The notes beneath the pieces were generated by a model. The model worked only from the letters and a program-made list of their open reading frames with translations, was not told the DNA's origin and searched no databases. DNA of 64,000 nt from Octopus bimaculoides (Eukaryota). Below are positions 51,690-64,000 of this stretch, in pieces (positions within the stretch are counted from its first letter, which is position 1; each line of letters begins with the position of its first letter). The stretch lies in NCBI RefSeq assembly GCF_001194135.2, contig NC_069000.1:28502667-28566666 (forward strand), in the 5' to 3' direction. The translations under genes and the position numbers were made by a program.

Positions 51690-52690
51690 TGAAAGCTGAC
51701 CTTAAAACTCTGAACCTCATAGAGATCTGTGTAGATTGGAATATCCCATGTGAGTGTCACATGATCATTCTCTGCTACCAGCAAGGGTTGCTACTCATAC
51801 CACTTGTTGGAACATTCTAGCCCATACTTCCGACACAATTCTCAGTGTATTCACATTGCCATTCTATCATGGTGTTTTTTTCCCCCTTTTGGGCTGGTGT
51901 TGAGCATCCACTAAACACATGTCTAACTGTCTCTGATGATTTTTCACATAATCCACACATAGGTGATGCTGCTATCTAATCAATATTACACTTGATTGAG
52001 TTGGTTCGTAAACCTTGTTCTTGAGCAGCAAGAATCAGTCCTTCCATCTTCTTTAAAAGAAAAACTAGGTTGTAACCATCTCTAGGATTCTCCATCGGCT
52101 TCAGCCATTGTTTGTTGGAAAAACTCTCCATGCAGGACTTTCTCTTTCCAGTTAATGATCCTTTCTCTATTAGTTCTCATATTGAGGGTCTCACCATTGT
52201 CACTGATCACCTCACTCAGTGCAGCCTTCATTCTTTCATTACTATTCCTCAGATAGGCATACAAAGACTTGATCTCCATAAAACTCACTTCTATTCCAAC
52301 GAATCCTCTTCCACCTTTCTTCCTTGGTAAATAAAGCCTTGTTACATTACTTCTGGTATGAAGGCACCCATGTGTAACCGTTATCTTGGTACTTATTCTT
52401 TCCATGTTGACCAGTTCTTCCATTCCGCAGCTCCTGCACAATAACATACTATACCTACAGCCAAAGCACTGATGCCTCTAATGAAGTTTCTTCCATTCAG
52501 CTTGGATCTGCATAGCTTTTAACTCTTCTGGAATATTCAGAAGAAATGTTCATCGTCTGACCTAATTTAAAACATCAAGATACTCATAATCCTCTTTGTT
52601 CACTTCTCTTGTGATCATCATCTGGAAGTTGTACTCTACTGCAGTCTATTTCTTGCCCTCTCCTCAGTTCAATAGCAATACGTTTAATAG
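51690..52690 (-). mobile_element. Dong/R4-like non-LTR retrotransposon fragment
   Basis: SKLNGRNFIRGISALAV, RLYLPRKKGGRG, EGLILAAQEQ, MCGLCEKSSETVRHVFSGC..HHD, LTWDIPIYTD. Confidence 0.8.
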
Positions 52691-52726
52691 CAGTGCATTT
52701 TAAAAATTATTATTGTTATTATTATC

Positions 52727-53160
52727 AAGGTGGTGAGCTGGCAGAATCGTTAGCATGCCAAGCAAAATGTTAAGCAGCATTTTGTCTGTCATGTTCTGAG
52801 TTCAAATTCCATTGAGGTTGACTTTGCCTTTCATCCTTTCAGAATTGGGGTTGATGTAATCGACTAAACCCCATTCCTTCCCCTGAATTTGTTGGCCTTG
52901 TGCCAAAAATTTGAAATCATTGTTTTAATTATCATTATTATCAAGGTGGTTGAGCTGGCAGTATTGTAAGAGCATTGGAAAAAAATGTCTTCTGACATTT
53001 GTTTTGGCTCTTCATTTTGAGTTCAAATACCGCTGAGGTCAACTTTGCCATTCATCCTTTTGGGATTGATAATATGAAGTACCATCCAAGAGCTAGGGCC
53101 ACTGTAATCGACTACTTTCACTGTCCTTGAAATGTGTCGCCTTGTTTTTATACGAGAAAA
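52727..53160 (+). mobile_element. Two adjacent SINE copies, family B (GGTGGTGAGCTGGCAG...GAGTTCAAATTCC)
   Basis: Copies at 52727-52920 and 52945-53160; others at ~16405-16605 (-), 19050-19225 (-), 44790-44900, 53783-54000, 56180-56400 and 57865-58010; boundaries approximate. Confidence 0.65.
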
Positions 53161-56100
53161 CATTATCCTTAATATTTAACTCCTAGTTTTGATTTAGCCT
53201 TTCATCTTTGCAAGATCAATTAAGTAGCATTTACAAATTGAGTAGAATTTGATCAACAGTTCCCATCTTCCAAAATTCATGGCCCTGTACTTATTTGAAA
53301 AGTCTGGTAGCAAATAATGAAGTAACCATCATTATTATTATCATCTTTCCATCTTCTTCTATATCAGATGTATAATTTATATGCAGTCATTTGATATGCG
53401 TCAGGTTTTTAATCCTGATGAATACACACAAACACACAGAAATACAAATACATAGATAAAAACATATATATGCATTCACACAAAAACATCTTTATTGAGT
53501 TCTCAGCTTCCAGTTTAAACAGTCTGTTTATAATTTCTTAAACAACTATTAAGGTTATGGGAGGGCATTGAAATGGCTTTGCCAATTCTCTATTTTTATT
53601 TCAAATTGAAAACTGCACTGATATTAACTTAAGTTACACATAGAAGCACATTTACTTGCTAGTCTCTAAATTTTGAAACTTTAATTATTATTGCAGTTTA
53701 TGAATTTCGTTTTATTCTCTCAAAGTTTTTTTCTCTGTCTTGTATATGTTATATTCTGTTTTTTAAATATTTCAGTTGTGCTAAGGCAGAGACTGGCAGA
53801 ATCATTGGCATGCTGGGTAAAATCCTTAATAGCATTTCACTCATCTTTACATTTGGAGTTCAAATTCTGCAAAAGTTGACTTTGCTTTTCATTCTTTCAG
53901 TGGGATTGATAAAATAAGTACCAGTCAAACACAAGGGTTAGTGCAATCAACTTATTCTCTCCCCTGAAATTGCTGGCTTTGTACCAAAATGTGAAACCAA
54001 TATTTCAGTTGTGCTATGCCCACAAGTTCTATTTATCTATTCTCCTCTCAAAGAAAGAAAGTGTCCAAATCTTCAAACTCTCAAATAGGTACAGATGTGG
54101 CTGTGTGGTAAGAAGCTTGATTCTCAACCACATGGCTCTGGGTTCAGTCTCACTGTGTGGCACCTTAGGTAAGTATTTTCTACTTTGCCTCAGATTGACC
54201 AAAGCCTTGTGAATGTATTTGTTAGATGGAAACTGAAAGAAGCCCATTGTATATGTATGTGTACGTGCTTGTCTTTGTAGCTGTCTTTGTCCCCCATCAC
54301 AACTTGACAACTGGTGTTGGCATGTTTGCATCCCTGTAACTTAGCAATTCAGCAAAAGAAATCAATAGAATAAGTACCAGGCTTAACAAAAATATAAATC
54401 CAGGGTCGATTTGTTTGACTGAAACTTTTCAAGGTAGTACCCCAACATGGCCGCAGTCAAATGACTGAAACAGGATTAAAGCTATATACCAAGCAATATG
54501 CCATGCACATGTGTAATGCAGTGTACTGTTGAGGAAAAAGCAAACAAACAAAAAAAACCCTCCAAAACTTCTAGATACCAGTGAAGGGATTCTGTAAATT
54601 CCTTCCATACATTGCAACACATCTTGGCTACTTATGCACTGAAGTTTACTTCTTTCTTCTTTTTTCTCCCCCTATTTTTTGACACCACACCCTTCATAAT
54701 ATCTCCTCCCCCTCCATGCTTCAATAAGCTTTGCTTTGCTGAATTAAATTTCCCCCTCACTCTCTATCTTCTTTTCTCTATTCCTCCTCCCTCAACATTC
54801 GCCCAATCCTAACCAACACCATCAGCAAGAATACTGTCATCATTGGCAGCTGTTTACCCTCCACCCCTCCAGCCCAATATCACCCCACATTATATTTACT
54901 TTTACCTTCAATTTTACTTCCACCCACTTCCAGCCATAATTTCTTTCTTTTTTCCTTTTTTTTTTTTGCAGGAGACTAATCATCCACTTCCATCCCTCTC
55001 TCCCCTGGAGACACACCCTCCACTGCTACTCTCCACTCCTCCCTCACTAATTATGGCAAATATAAATAACAAATTAGTAGTTGAAAAAGCACATTGGTAT
55101 CACTGAAGCAACAAAACAGTGACAGTGGCAGTGATGATGATGTGGTGTTGTCGGAAGATGATCCCAGATGTTTCACTCTGAAACCCTGCACCACTACCAC
55201 CACAACTACCACCACCACCATCACTGGGGGCCCCATCACCAAATTCTTCACCAACCCTGTTCCTCCATCACTACCATTAACCATATCCCATTCCACCTAT
55301 CTGCTTACCCAAACTCTTATTTCCCTCTGGCTCTATTACCACTATTCAACCATTATCATTTCGAAAAGCTGTTCACTATCCTTACACCTATCACCCTCTT
55401 CACCCTCTCTCTTCTCCTCTCCCTAACCTTGCAGCAAAAAAGGCAAGAAATATAATTCAAGCATCACATTTTATTATTTTTTTTTTTATATATGCCATCT
55501 TATCCCGTCTCCCCATTTTTTTCCTTTTTACCAATCTATGGCGCCATGAAAGTATCGCAACTAACGTGATTAAGGGTGGTGCTGGTGGTGGAAAGAGGAG
55601 GTGTATAGGAAACTCAATACAACTGTATTTTTGTCTCCTTGCTGTAAGGATTTGGTGTTCTTTAAAAAGTACATCCGTTTCCGGATTGAGCTTCCTGTGA
55701 CTTTTCCTTACATTTTTTTTTTGCATAGAGTTGGCAATCTTAAGAAATACCCATGCGGGAATGGTTGCCTCTTGTTGATTTAGTATCTTTCTCCAGGTGT
55801 CCATGAAATTTTATTTTTAAAGCACCTCTCCAATAGCTGTGAGGTAGTGCCTGACCTATGTGCAGGTCCAGCTTCATGAAGTTAAACTGATAAAAGAATA
55901 ATTCCCATTCTTTTCTGGATAGAATGCCAGTTTACCACAGTTTTAACATTTCCTCCAAATCTGGTTGCTCTTAACCTTATAAATAGATGAATTGCACTAA
56001 CAACAAGAAAAACAGCAGCCAAATCTTCCTGAATTCACACTCTTCTGTGCTAAACAAAGGAAGGACATAGTGGAAAGTGTAGTCCTACATACACTGAAAA

Positions 56101-56419
56101 CACAGAACACACCTTTGTGCTCCTAACTCAAGATTTGTGCCTTTGTGCTAGTATTAGAAAATTGATGTTATCATTATTTATCTTGAAGTGGTAGAAACAT
56201 TAGAACATCAGACAAAATATCTTGCAATATCTTTACATATGACCATTATTTTCAGAGTTCAAATCCTGTCAGGGTCAACCTTACCATTTGTCTTTCTGGG
56301 ATTAATAAAAAATAAAGTACCAGTCATGAGCTGAGGTCAAACTTAACTGACTACATAGCCATCTTCCCAACTTTGAGGCCTTGTGTCTATGTCAAAAATT
56401 GTTATTATTATTATTGTGA

Positions 56420-57697
56420 AGATAGTGGGTGGGGTCTTCAGGTAGATGGCCCTGCTCGATCCATAGAAAAGGCGTAGGTAGAAACTCTATAAGATGTATC
56501 CAGTGTAAGCTATGGACACATAAGAGGTGCAGCAATATCAAAGGAAGGCTAACTAGGAAGATAGTTTTTGTATGTAGCAGATACTCAGGAGCAATAGACA
56601 CTGAAAATCTGCAGAGAACAACTTCTGCCACATTCCAGGGAGAAAAACTAGAAGTAGTTGATAACTTCCGTTACCTAGGTGACCAAGTCAGTAGCGGGGG
56701 TGGGTGCACTGAAAGTGTAGCTGCTAGAATAAGAATAGCCTGGGGAAAGTTCAGAGAGCTCTTACCTCTGCTGGTAACAAAGGGCCTCTCGCTCAGAGTG
56801 AAAGGTAGACTGTATGATACATATGTACGAACAGCTATGCTACATGGCAGTGAAACATGGGCCGTGACTGCTGAGGACTTGCGTAAGCTTGCAAGGAATG
56901 AAGCCAGTATGTTCCGATGGATGTGTATTGTCAGTGTGCATACATGACAGAGTGTAAGTACCTTGAGAGAAAAGTTGGACCTAAGAAGCATCAGATGTGG
57001 TGTGCAAGAGAGATGACTGCGCTGGTATGGTCATGTGGTGAGAATGGATGAGGATAGTTGTGTGAAAAAATGCCACACCCTAGCAGTTGAGGGAACCTGT
57101 GGAAGATGTAGACCCAGGAAGACCTGGGATGAGGTGGTGAAGCACGACCTTCGAACATTAGGCCTCATCGAGGCAATGACTAGTGACCGAGACCTTTNNN
57201 NNNNNNNNNNNNNNNNNNNNNNNNNNNNNNNNNNNNNNNNNNNNNNNNNNNNNNNNNNNNNNNNNNNNNNNNNNNNNNNNNNNNNNNNNNNNNNNNNNNN
57301 NNNNNNNNNNNNNNNNNNNNNNNNNNNNNNNTAAAAAGCACCATTCAAGCCTGATCATTACCAGCGTCACCTTACTGGCACTTGTGCTGGTGGCCCGTGA
57401 AAAAATATTCGAGCTAGGTTGTTGCCAGTGCCGCTGGACTGGCTCCTGTGCAGGTGGCACATAAAAAACACCATTTGAGCATGGTCGTTTCCAGTACCGC
57501 CTGACTGGCCCTCGTGCTAGTGGCACGTAAAAGCACCCACTACACTCTCGTAGTGGTTGGCGTTGGGAAGGGTATCCAGCTGTAGAAACTCTGCCAGATC
57601 AGATTGGAGCCTGGTGCAGCCATCTGGTTCGCCAGTCCTCAGTCAAATCGTCCAACTCATGCCAGCATGGAAAGTGGACATTAAACGATGATGATGA
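56420..57697 (+). mobile_element. RTE-clade LINE, 5'-truncated, with complete 3' tail
   Basis: WPCSIHRKGVGRNSIRC, LEVVDNFRYLGD, LHGSETW, LRWYGHVVRM; ends in (GAT)n. Confidence 0.9.
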
Positions 57698-58048
57698 TAG
57701 CTCTTTTATAAAATACCATTGATCAACTTCCAGAACTTGTTTATAAAATCAAATTCTCTGCTAGGAAAATTGGTCAACACATAAATGTTACAAAGACAGA
57801 GTACAAGTCACTAAACAAAGAAGATGGAAATCTTGTCACACTAGATGATGGAATACTAAATCAATTCTGAGTTCAAATTCCGCTGAGGTTGACTTTGCTT
57901 TTCATCCTTTCAGAGTTGATAAAATAAGTACCAGTTAAGCACTGGGGTTGGATATAACTGACTTACCCGCTTCCCTGAACTTGATGTCCTTGTTTCAAAA
58001 TTAGAAACCATTATTTATCATAATAAATTTTCACATGAATGCACTTAC

Positions 58049-58204
58049 TTGAGTTACTATTGCCTGTATCATTTATTTTTTCAAATGCCAGATGTGCTTT
58101 AGGTCGACTGTAAACAGAGCCACATGGTAAAGACACTGTTCCACCTTCAATAACATGAACTGTGATATTTTCCTCATCTTCTTCAGATCCAAAACCATCA
58201 AAGA
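58049..58204 (-). CDS. CDON/BOC: CDON/BOC/Ihog-family Ig receptor, exon for first half of Ig2 (VFDGFGSEEDEENITVHVIEGGTVSLPCGSVYSRPKAHLAFEKINDTGNSNS)
   Basis: Acceptor ttctattccatttcag and donor gtaagt; 156 nt, open, phase 1-1. Resembles CDON Ig2 (GDFGS...GFIGCRVPESNPKAEVRYK), including the missing Trp in strand C. Joins in frame to 12867-13016. Not in the supplied ORF track. Confidence 0.8.
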
Positions 58205-58599
58205 CTGAAATGGAATAGAAAAGACAAGTGTTAATAGTAGAAAGAATTGACAGTTTTGTGGGCAGAAGAGTTGAACATTTGATTGAAGAGTGATGAGTTA
58301 TAACTACTGGTTGATAGGTTATTGTTGTTTAACCCTAGGCTGTTACCCCACCACATTAGCAGATCTATACTCAAAGAATTTCTAACAATGAGCATCCGAC
58401 CACTTTTTCTGACCATTTTTTTTTTATTACATCATTCAAAGTATCCTTTCCTTTTTTAAATCAGTAAGATGTGATCTGAGGGAGATCTGGTTTCTATTTT
58501 TAGCAAGATGGACAATCACATAGAGGCTCTATCATTGGTTGGAGACTAGTTTGTCAGATTATGAGTTCAAGTCAGTTGCACTTGTTTCATTGAGTAAAT

Positions 58600-59830
58600 T
58601 CAGTAGCACACATGGCTGCTATGAAGAGGCACCTAAGATATAAGTATTTGTTAGTGTTTAATTATGTACAGAGTGTGGACATGTGCTGAGATCATGGTTA
58701 AACACTTCAGAAATAATTGATTTAAAGGCTTAAATAATAAGGATGATATTAAATTTATACAAACAGACATTTCTAGCTATTACTCATCTATTACCTCTAT
58801 TCTCCTCAATGAACTTCTTATTTTTGCTATGAAGAACTCTTAATTATTGAGACAAGATGTAGATACTATATTAGCAGTTAGGTGCACATTTATTGACTTC
58901 AAAGGTAAATATGGAACTAGAAACAACAGATCTAACAACTTTGATATAACCATGGGCTTGAGTGGCTCCATGCAAGTTACTCATCGTGCGTAAGAATATC
59001 TTGTCTTGCATTAAAAGGGAGTTCCCTGAAATGGGGCATGGTGTATATAGGATTGATGCTCTTTTTGCTGTCTGTAAATGTAGTAATATAGAATTAGAAA
59101 GGAATAGAAAAGAGGTTAGAAATTTCTTCAAAAACTTGACAACCTAATTATGTTGGGACATAAGTGTAAGGTAAGTAACTTTCTGGATGTAACATTAAAA
59201 CACAAGTTTTTATTGTCTACATCATAGCCCCAATGGAAACCTACAATACATTAATAGATATTCCAATCATCCTAGAGCAGTAATTAAGTTCATCATGAGG
59301 GGTATTTCATCAAGAATCTCCAGGTTAATGAAGAGATTTTCTCTCAAGATATGAACTATCATAATACTGCTTTAGCTAGGGCCAGATACACCAAAAAAAT
59401 GTGGGATATCCCTGATGATAGTATTGTAACAGTCACACGTGAGTAAGAATTCTATCAACTGCATGATGAAACCTGCACTAAATTCCTGCAAAAATAGCTA
59501 AAAACTAAATAGGAATATAATTGTCTCCACAGATGTGAATAGAGATAGGTTTATGGTTAAGGATGTGAACGGTCTAAAAGGCTCTGAAACTTTACTTAGA
59601 AACTTGAATCCAAATCTGGATAACTTAGGAAACAAGCTTCAACCTATTTGACTCTAATGGTATTCATCCCCCTTTCTATGTAAGTAGAGGAAAGAGTAAA
59701 TCTAGAATTAGTCACCTGGTAGAAATAGGTTACTTAAGAGAAATATTACTTCATTTAACCCCACTTTTGGAAATAATGTAGCTTCAGATATCACTAGAAC
59801 TGTCTTTCAAACTTTGGAAAAGTATTGGAA
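58600..59830 (+). mobile_element. Penelope-like RT relic
   Basis: FIQTDISSYYSSIT, NFDITMG, GVYRIDAL, NFLDVTL, YINRYSNHP, RNITSFNPTF. Confidence 0.7.
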
Positions 59831-59864
59831 GTATTGTAAAATCTTTAATAGGAATACTGTGAAG

Positions 59865-60746
59865 TTTTTTTTATATTTCTTTTATTTTTCAAACTTAAGA
59901 TAAATAAAGTTCTATTTTAATCTAAAATATACTCTCCTTCATTTTCTACAATGCTCTTCCATCTATCTGGCAAACTTGCAAGGCCCCTCTTCCAAAATTC
60001 ACTTGTCCGTGATGAAAAATACCTCTCCAGTACTGTTCTGATCTTGTCTACAGAATTCATTTTTTTTTTCTGTCCAAATGATTTTGAAGACTGCAGAATA
60101 AATGATAATCAGAAGGAGCAATGTCTGGTGAATATGGTGGGTGGGGTATTGTTTCCCATTCAAACTGCTCCAACTTTTGGAATGTCATCCTTGCTGTATA
60201 TGTCCAAGCATTATCCTGATGGAGGAACACCTTTCGTCTCGAAACCAAAGATGGTCGTTTTTCTCCTAGCACTGACTTGAATGACCAAATCCAAGCTTCT
60301 CTGCGAGTTCCTTAACAGTTATGATGGGATTTTGTTCCACCAAGGTTTGCAGGACATTCTCGTCAAGGTCAATAGATCTTCCAGGACAAAGCTTGTCTTT
60401 TAGGCTGTAGTTTCTGGCTTGGAATTTCTGGAACCACTGTTGACACTGGCTTATGCTTATTGTCTAATCCCCATATACTGCATTAATATTCCTTGCCCTT
60501 TCTGTTGTGTTGTTGCTCTTATTGAACTCATAAAGCAAAATATGCCGAATATGCTCCTTTGTCACTTCCATTATAGCTTTGAAAATATAACTGTTAAAAT
60601 TGAACTGCACTCTTCAAAACATGCATTAACAATAGGTACAAGTACAGGTAGTACAAGTACTACCTGCTTTTATAGCAAGTTGATGCAGGTAGTTTATCCT
60701 GTTGCCCTGCAATTGAAAAAACTGCATTATTTATGGGATGACTCAA
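59865..60746 (-). mobile_element. Internally deleted mariner
   Basis: 5' TIR TTGAGTCATCCCATAAATAATGC with TA. MEVTKEHIRHILLYEF...WFQKF HTH region is joined directly to FLHQDNA..HPPYSPDIAPSDYHLF; the 3' TIR is eroded. Confidence 0.85.
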
Positions 60747-61327
60747 TACTATACATAAATTACATGATAATATTGAAGCTATTAATAGAAAATTAAATGG
60801 TATTAGTAATAGGGAGTGTACCTTTAATTTTTCCTCTGGAAAAAATACATCTCTATCTGGTATAAATAATTCAAATTTAGATTACATAAACATAAACATT
60901 TCTTTAAAAATAAAAGGAAAGCTCTGAGCACTTCACTTTAAATTTATTTAGGATCTCAAAGGGAGGAACATTGATTACTCATTTATTTAGGATCTCAAAG
61001 GGAGGAACATAGATTACTCATTTCATTGGTTAATCACATGTTCTGTATTTCCAAAGGTTATGCAGGTAGCTGTAATTTATATTTCAAGGAAGCACTTGAA
61101 ATTCTCAGGTGCAGAACAGGTCTAATAAATATAATGAATTATTGATCTGTTGTTCCCATCGATTCAATAAAACTTTCTTGAAAATTCCATTTAGCCAACT
61201 TACATAATTGTAACAGTTAAAAATAATGTTCTTATTTTTTTTTGTTTTACTCCAGCTTTATTAGTCCTCTACATCTTAAAATTCCAGCTAAATTTTTTTC
61301 CTGTATAACTGATCCTTTATTCCTTAA

Positions 61328-62404
61328 TCCTTTCGTTACTAACCCGGCCGAAAAATTTTTTGGTTCATAAGACTAACCCGGCCGAGCGTACCCATTGTTA
61401 TTTAAATGTATATTTGAACCTAAATCTCGTTAGTACATTCGTTAAAACACCTGATTTCACTTTGCAAACAGTTGAGTTATTGTCTCCGACATTGTTTGGC
61501 GTGATATTTGAACTCAGTGAATTTTGGAAGATTTTTTTTCCACATTTTTTGTGGCGTTAATTTTTTCAACTTTGAAGATGGAGAGGAGTTTCATGCTATC
61601 AAGCAGTGATTCCAAATTTGAAGGCTTTTCAACAGAAGATATGGAGATATCGAAGAAAAGAATGAATGAGCGACANNNNNNNNNNNNNNNNNNNNNNNNN
61701 NNNNNNNNNNNNNNNNNNNNNNNNNNNNNNNNNNNNNNNNNNNNNNNNNNNNNNNNNNNNNNNNNNNNNNNNNNNNNNNNNNNNNNNNNNNNNNNNNNNN
61801 NNNNNNNNNNNNNNNNNNNNNNNNNNNNNNNNNNNNNNNNNNNNNNNNNNNNNNNNNNNNNNNNNNNNNNNNNNNNNNNNNNNNNNNNNNNNNNNNNNNN
61901 NNNNNNNNNNNNNNNNNNNNNNNNNNNNNNNNNNNNNNNNNNNNNNNNNNNNNNNNNNNNNNNNNNNNNNNNNNNNNNNNNNNNNNNNNNNNNNNNNNNN
62001 NNNNNNNNNNNNNNNNNNNNNNNNNNNNNNNNNNNNNNNNNNNNNNNNNNNTGCCATAAATATTATTATGGGTATTAGACAGTTACCCAGAATAACAAAT
62101 TACTGGAGCGATCAGGAACCTTTTGGCGATGACTATATTTCCAGTATTATGAACGAGTACGATTCATGAAGCTGAACCAATATTTACATGTGAGAGACAC
62201 TAGCAGTACCCCAGAGACAAAAATTATACAATAGAATTGATTAAGAACCCTTTCTTTAATTATGTTCCAAATATCACATTAATATGTCGATAAATAAAAA
62301 AATTACAGGTGTTTAATGAGACTAGTCTAAATTCATGATTATTTTAGAATTTAATTGAAACTCATGAGGGGTGTATTTTGGTCAGAAATATAGTAACGAA
62401 AGGG
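61328..62404 (+). mobile_element. Non-autonomous piggyBac-like element
   Basis: TTAA at 61324-61327 and 62405-62408; TIR (T/C)CCTTTCGTTACTA / TAGTAACGAAAGGG; acidic N-terminal remnant SSSDSKFEGFSTED; internal gap. Confidence 0.75.
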
Positions 62405-62429
62405 TTAATCTCAACTCTTTCTCTACTAG

Positions 62430-62673
62430 TCTATATATTTATAAATGGTAATTTCTGTCTGTCTGTCTGTTACCAACTTAGTGCCTAAACCACCCAACCA
62501 ATATTCATGAAACTTTGTATACATGTGACACGAACATCCAGTTCAATAATAGGCTAATTGTATTTCAATAAAAATCTATAATGTGACCTCCAGGGACGTT
62601 GGGCGAATTATATGATAAAATGAGAAGGTTGCAAAAAGTATAAGTCTCAGGTAGTAATAGAGGGAAAGTTTGT

Positions 62674-62715
<42 letters not shown>

Positions 62716-63864
62716 CTTATATCAGTGAAGGCGATAGCAGCAGTGAGAATAAAATGGTAATGTTAATAAAGCTGTCATACACATGCGACGCTACATACAT
62801 ACTTTTGTAAATACACAGATACAACACACATACACACAGAAAGGTGGGTGTGAGGAATATGTAGCTTTAAGGAGGGAGGGGGTAGGTAGCTTTTCTGCTG
62901 TCCATCGCAAAGAAACACAACCACACACACACACACATATATGTACATACATACATATGTCTACTATACACCATTTTAAACTCGTGATTACTTGTGTGTA
63001 CTTTGTAAATTTGTGTGTATGTGTGACATCATATAACTGTCTGTCTCTCTAGATTTTAAAATTATGTCAAAATTTTCAAATTTGGTATATTGAAATAATT
63101 TTCCACATTAAATCTGATTTTGTTATTTATTTGTCCCTAACATCCAGTTGAATTATTGGCGAATTGGATTTCAATAAAAATCTATAATAGGTGCCCTAGG
63201 GAGGGGGAGCTGTAGCACATGTTTACAAATCAGCTAATAAGCTGAGACACACGACAATGCCAGCTACAATATGCAGATTATTTGGTATTTGTAAATCTAT
63301 CTATTTATCTAATTTATTTTACTCAGATGCATATTCGTTTGTTAAAATATATAGGGACATTCCCTATTCACCTACTAATTGAATTAATAGTTTGTAATAC
63401 CTATTTTTAGCAATAAACTATTACCATAAACAACAGGTTGGGCATAAAGAAGGGAACTGCACTGGAAATGGAATAGGACATGGAACAGTGTAATAGTAAA
63501 TGGGAACTGGAGATGACCCCTGCTTTCCTGGTATTACCAGTCAACTCATTTATTTTACTCAGATGCATATTCATTTGTTAAAATATAGGGACATTCCTTA
63601 TTCAGCCACTAACCATATTAATAGTTTGTAATACCTATTTTTAGCAATAAACTATTACCATAAAGGTTAATAAAATAGTTAATGGCTTAATTACACCTAA
63701 CTGATTCTAAAATTTATATATTGGCATAGGATTGGGGATAGGAATGAGAGTGGAATTAAAACAGGAACTCAACAGGGAATGGAACAGGACATGAAACAGT
63801 GTAATGGGAATGGGAACTGGAAATAACTCCTGCTTTTCCGAGCGTTACCGGGTAATTCAGCTAG
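62430..63864 (+). mobile_element. Non-autonomous Helitron/DINE-1-like element with a duplicated 3' block
   Basis: Starts TCTATATATTTATAAAT then (GTCT)n; ends with hairpin CCGAGCGTTACCGGG and CTAG|T; the 3' block is repeated at 63313-63548 and 63549-63864. Confidence 0.65.
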
Positions 63865-64000
63865 TATACAATAAATCTTTAATTCCCTAAATATTTAGTT
63901 GACCTAGTAGTTTACAATAGATCGAAAGAATTTTTTTAGTCTTTTTGCTTGGGTGTTTCTCTAACTTGTTATTTAATTTATTACTATCATCTCCTAGATT

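Noticed and set aside
53425-53460. CTGATGA...GAAA spacing
   Set aside because: The intervening (AC)-rich sequence cannot form stem II and the flanks do not pair.
55457-55804. 115-aa minus-strand ORF
   Set aside because: No splice signals or recognisable domain; it runs into low-complexity sequence.

Overview
AT-rich, microsatellite- and transposon-dense animal genomic DNA with several N gaps. The repeat spectrum suggests an octopus/cephalopod, but that is inference. The only host gene I can support is a minus-strand immunoglobulin-domain receptor of the CDON/BOC/Ihog (Hedgehog co-receptor) family. Five phase-1/phase-1 half-domain exons are visible (58049-58204, 12867-13016, 11774-11953, 9131-9280, 7600-7758). 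One more exon is probably lost in the gap at 10467-10805, and a ~45-kb intron splits Ig2. The rest is intronic: RTE, Dong/R4-like, Tx1-clade and Penelope-like retroelement relics, mariner/maT/hAT/piggyBac/Helitron-like DNA elements, tRNA-derived SINEs, a tRNA-Lys pseudogene, two type I hammerhead ribozyme motifs and several near-perfect local palindromes. The most striking observation is at 25186-31765. A full-length Tx1-clade LINE with a 19-21 bp target-site duplication and an ORF1-only relative lie in tandem, and both end at the first nucleotides of the outer stem of a hammerhead ribozyme. This suggests either a hammerhead-targeting retrotransposon family or an ORF1-only retroelement with a 3' hammerhead.
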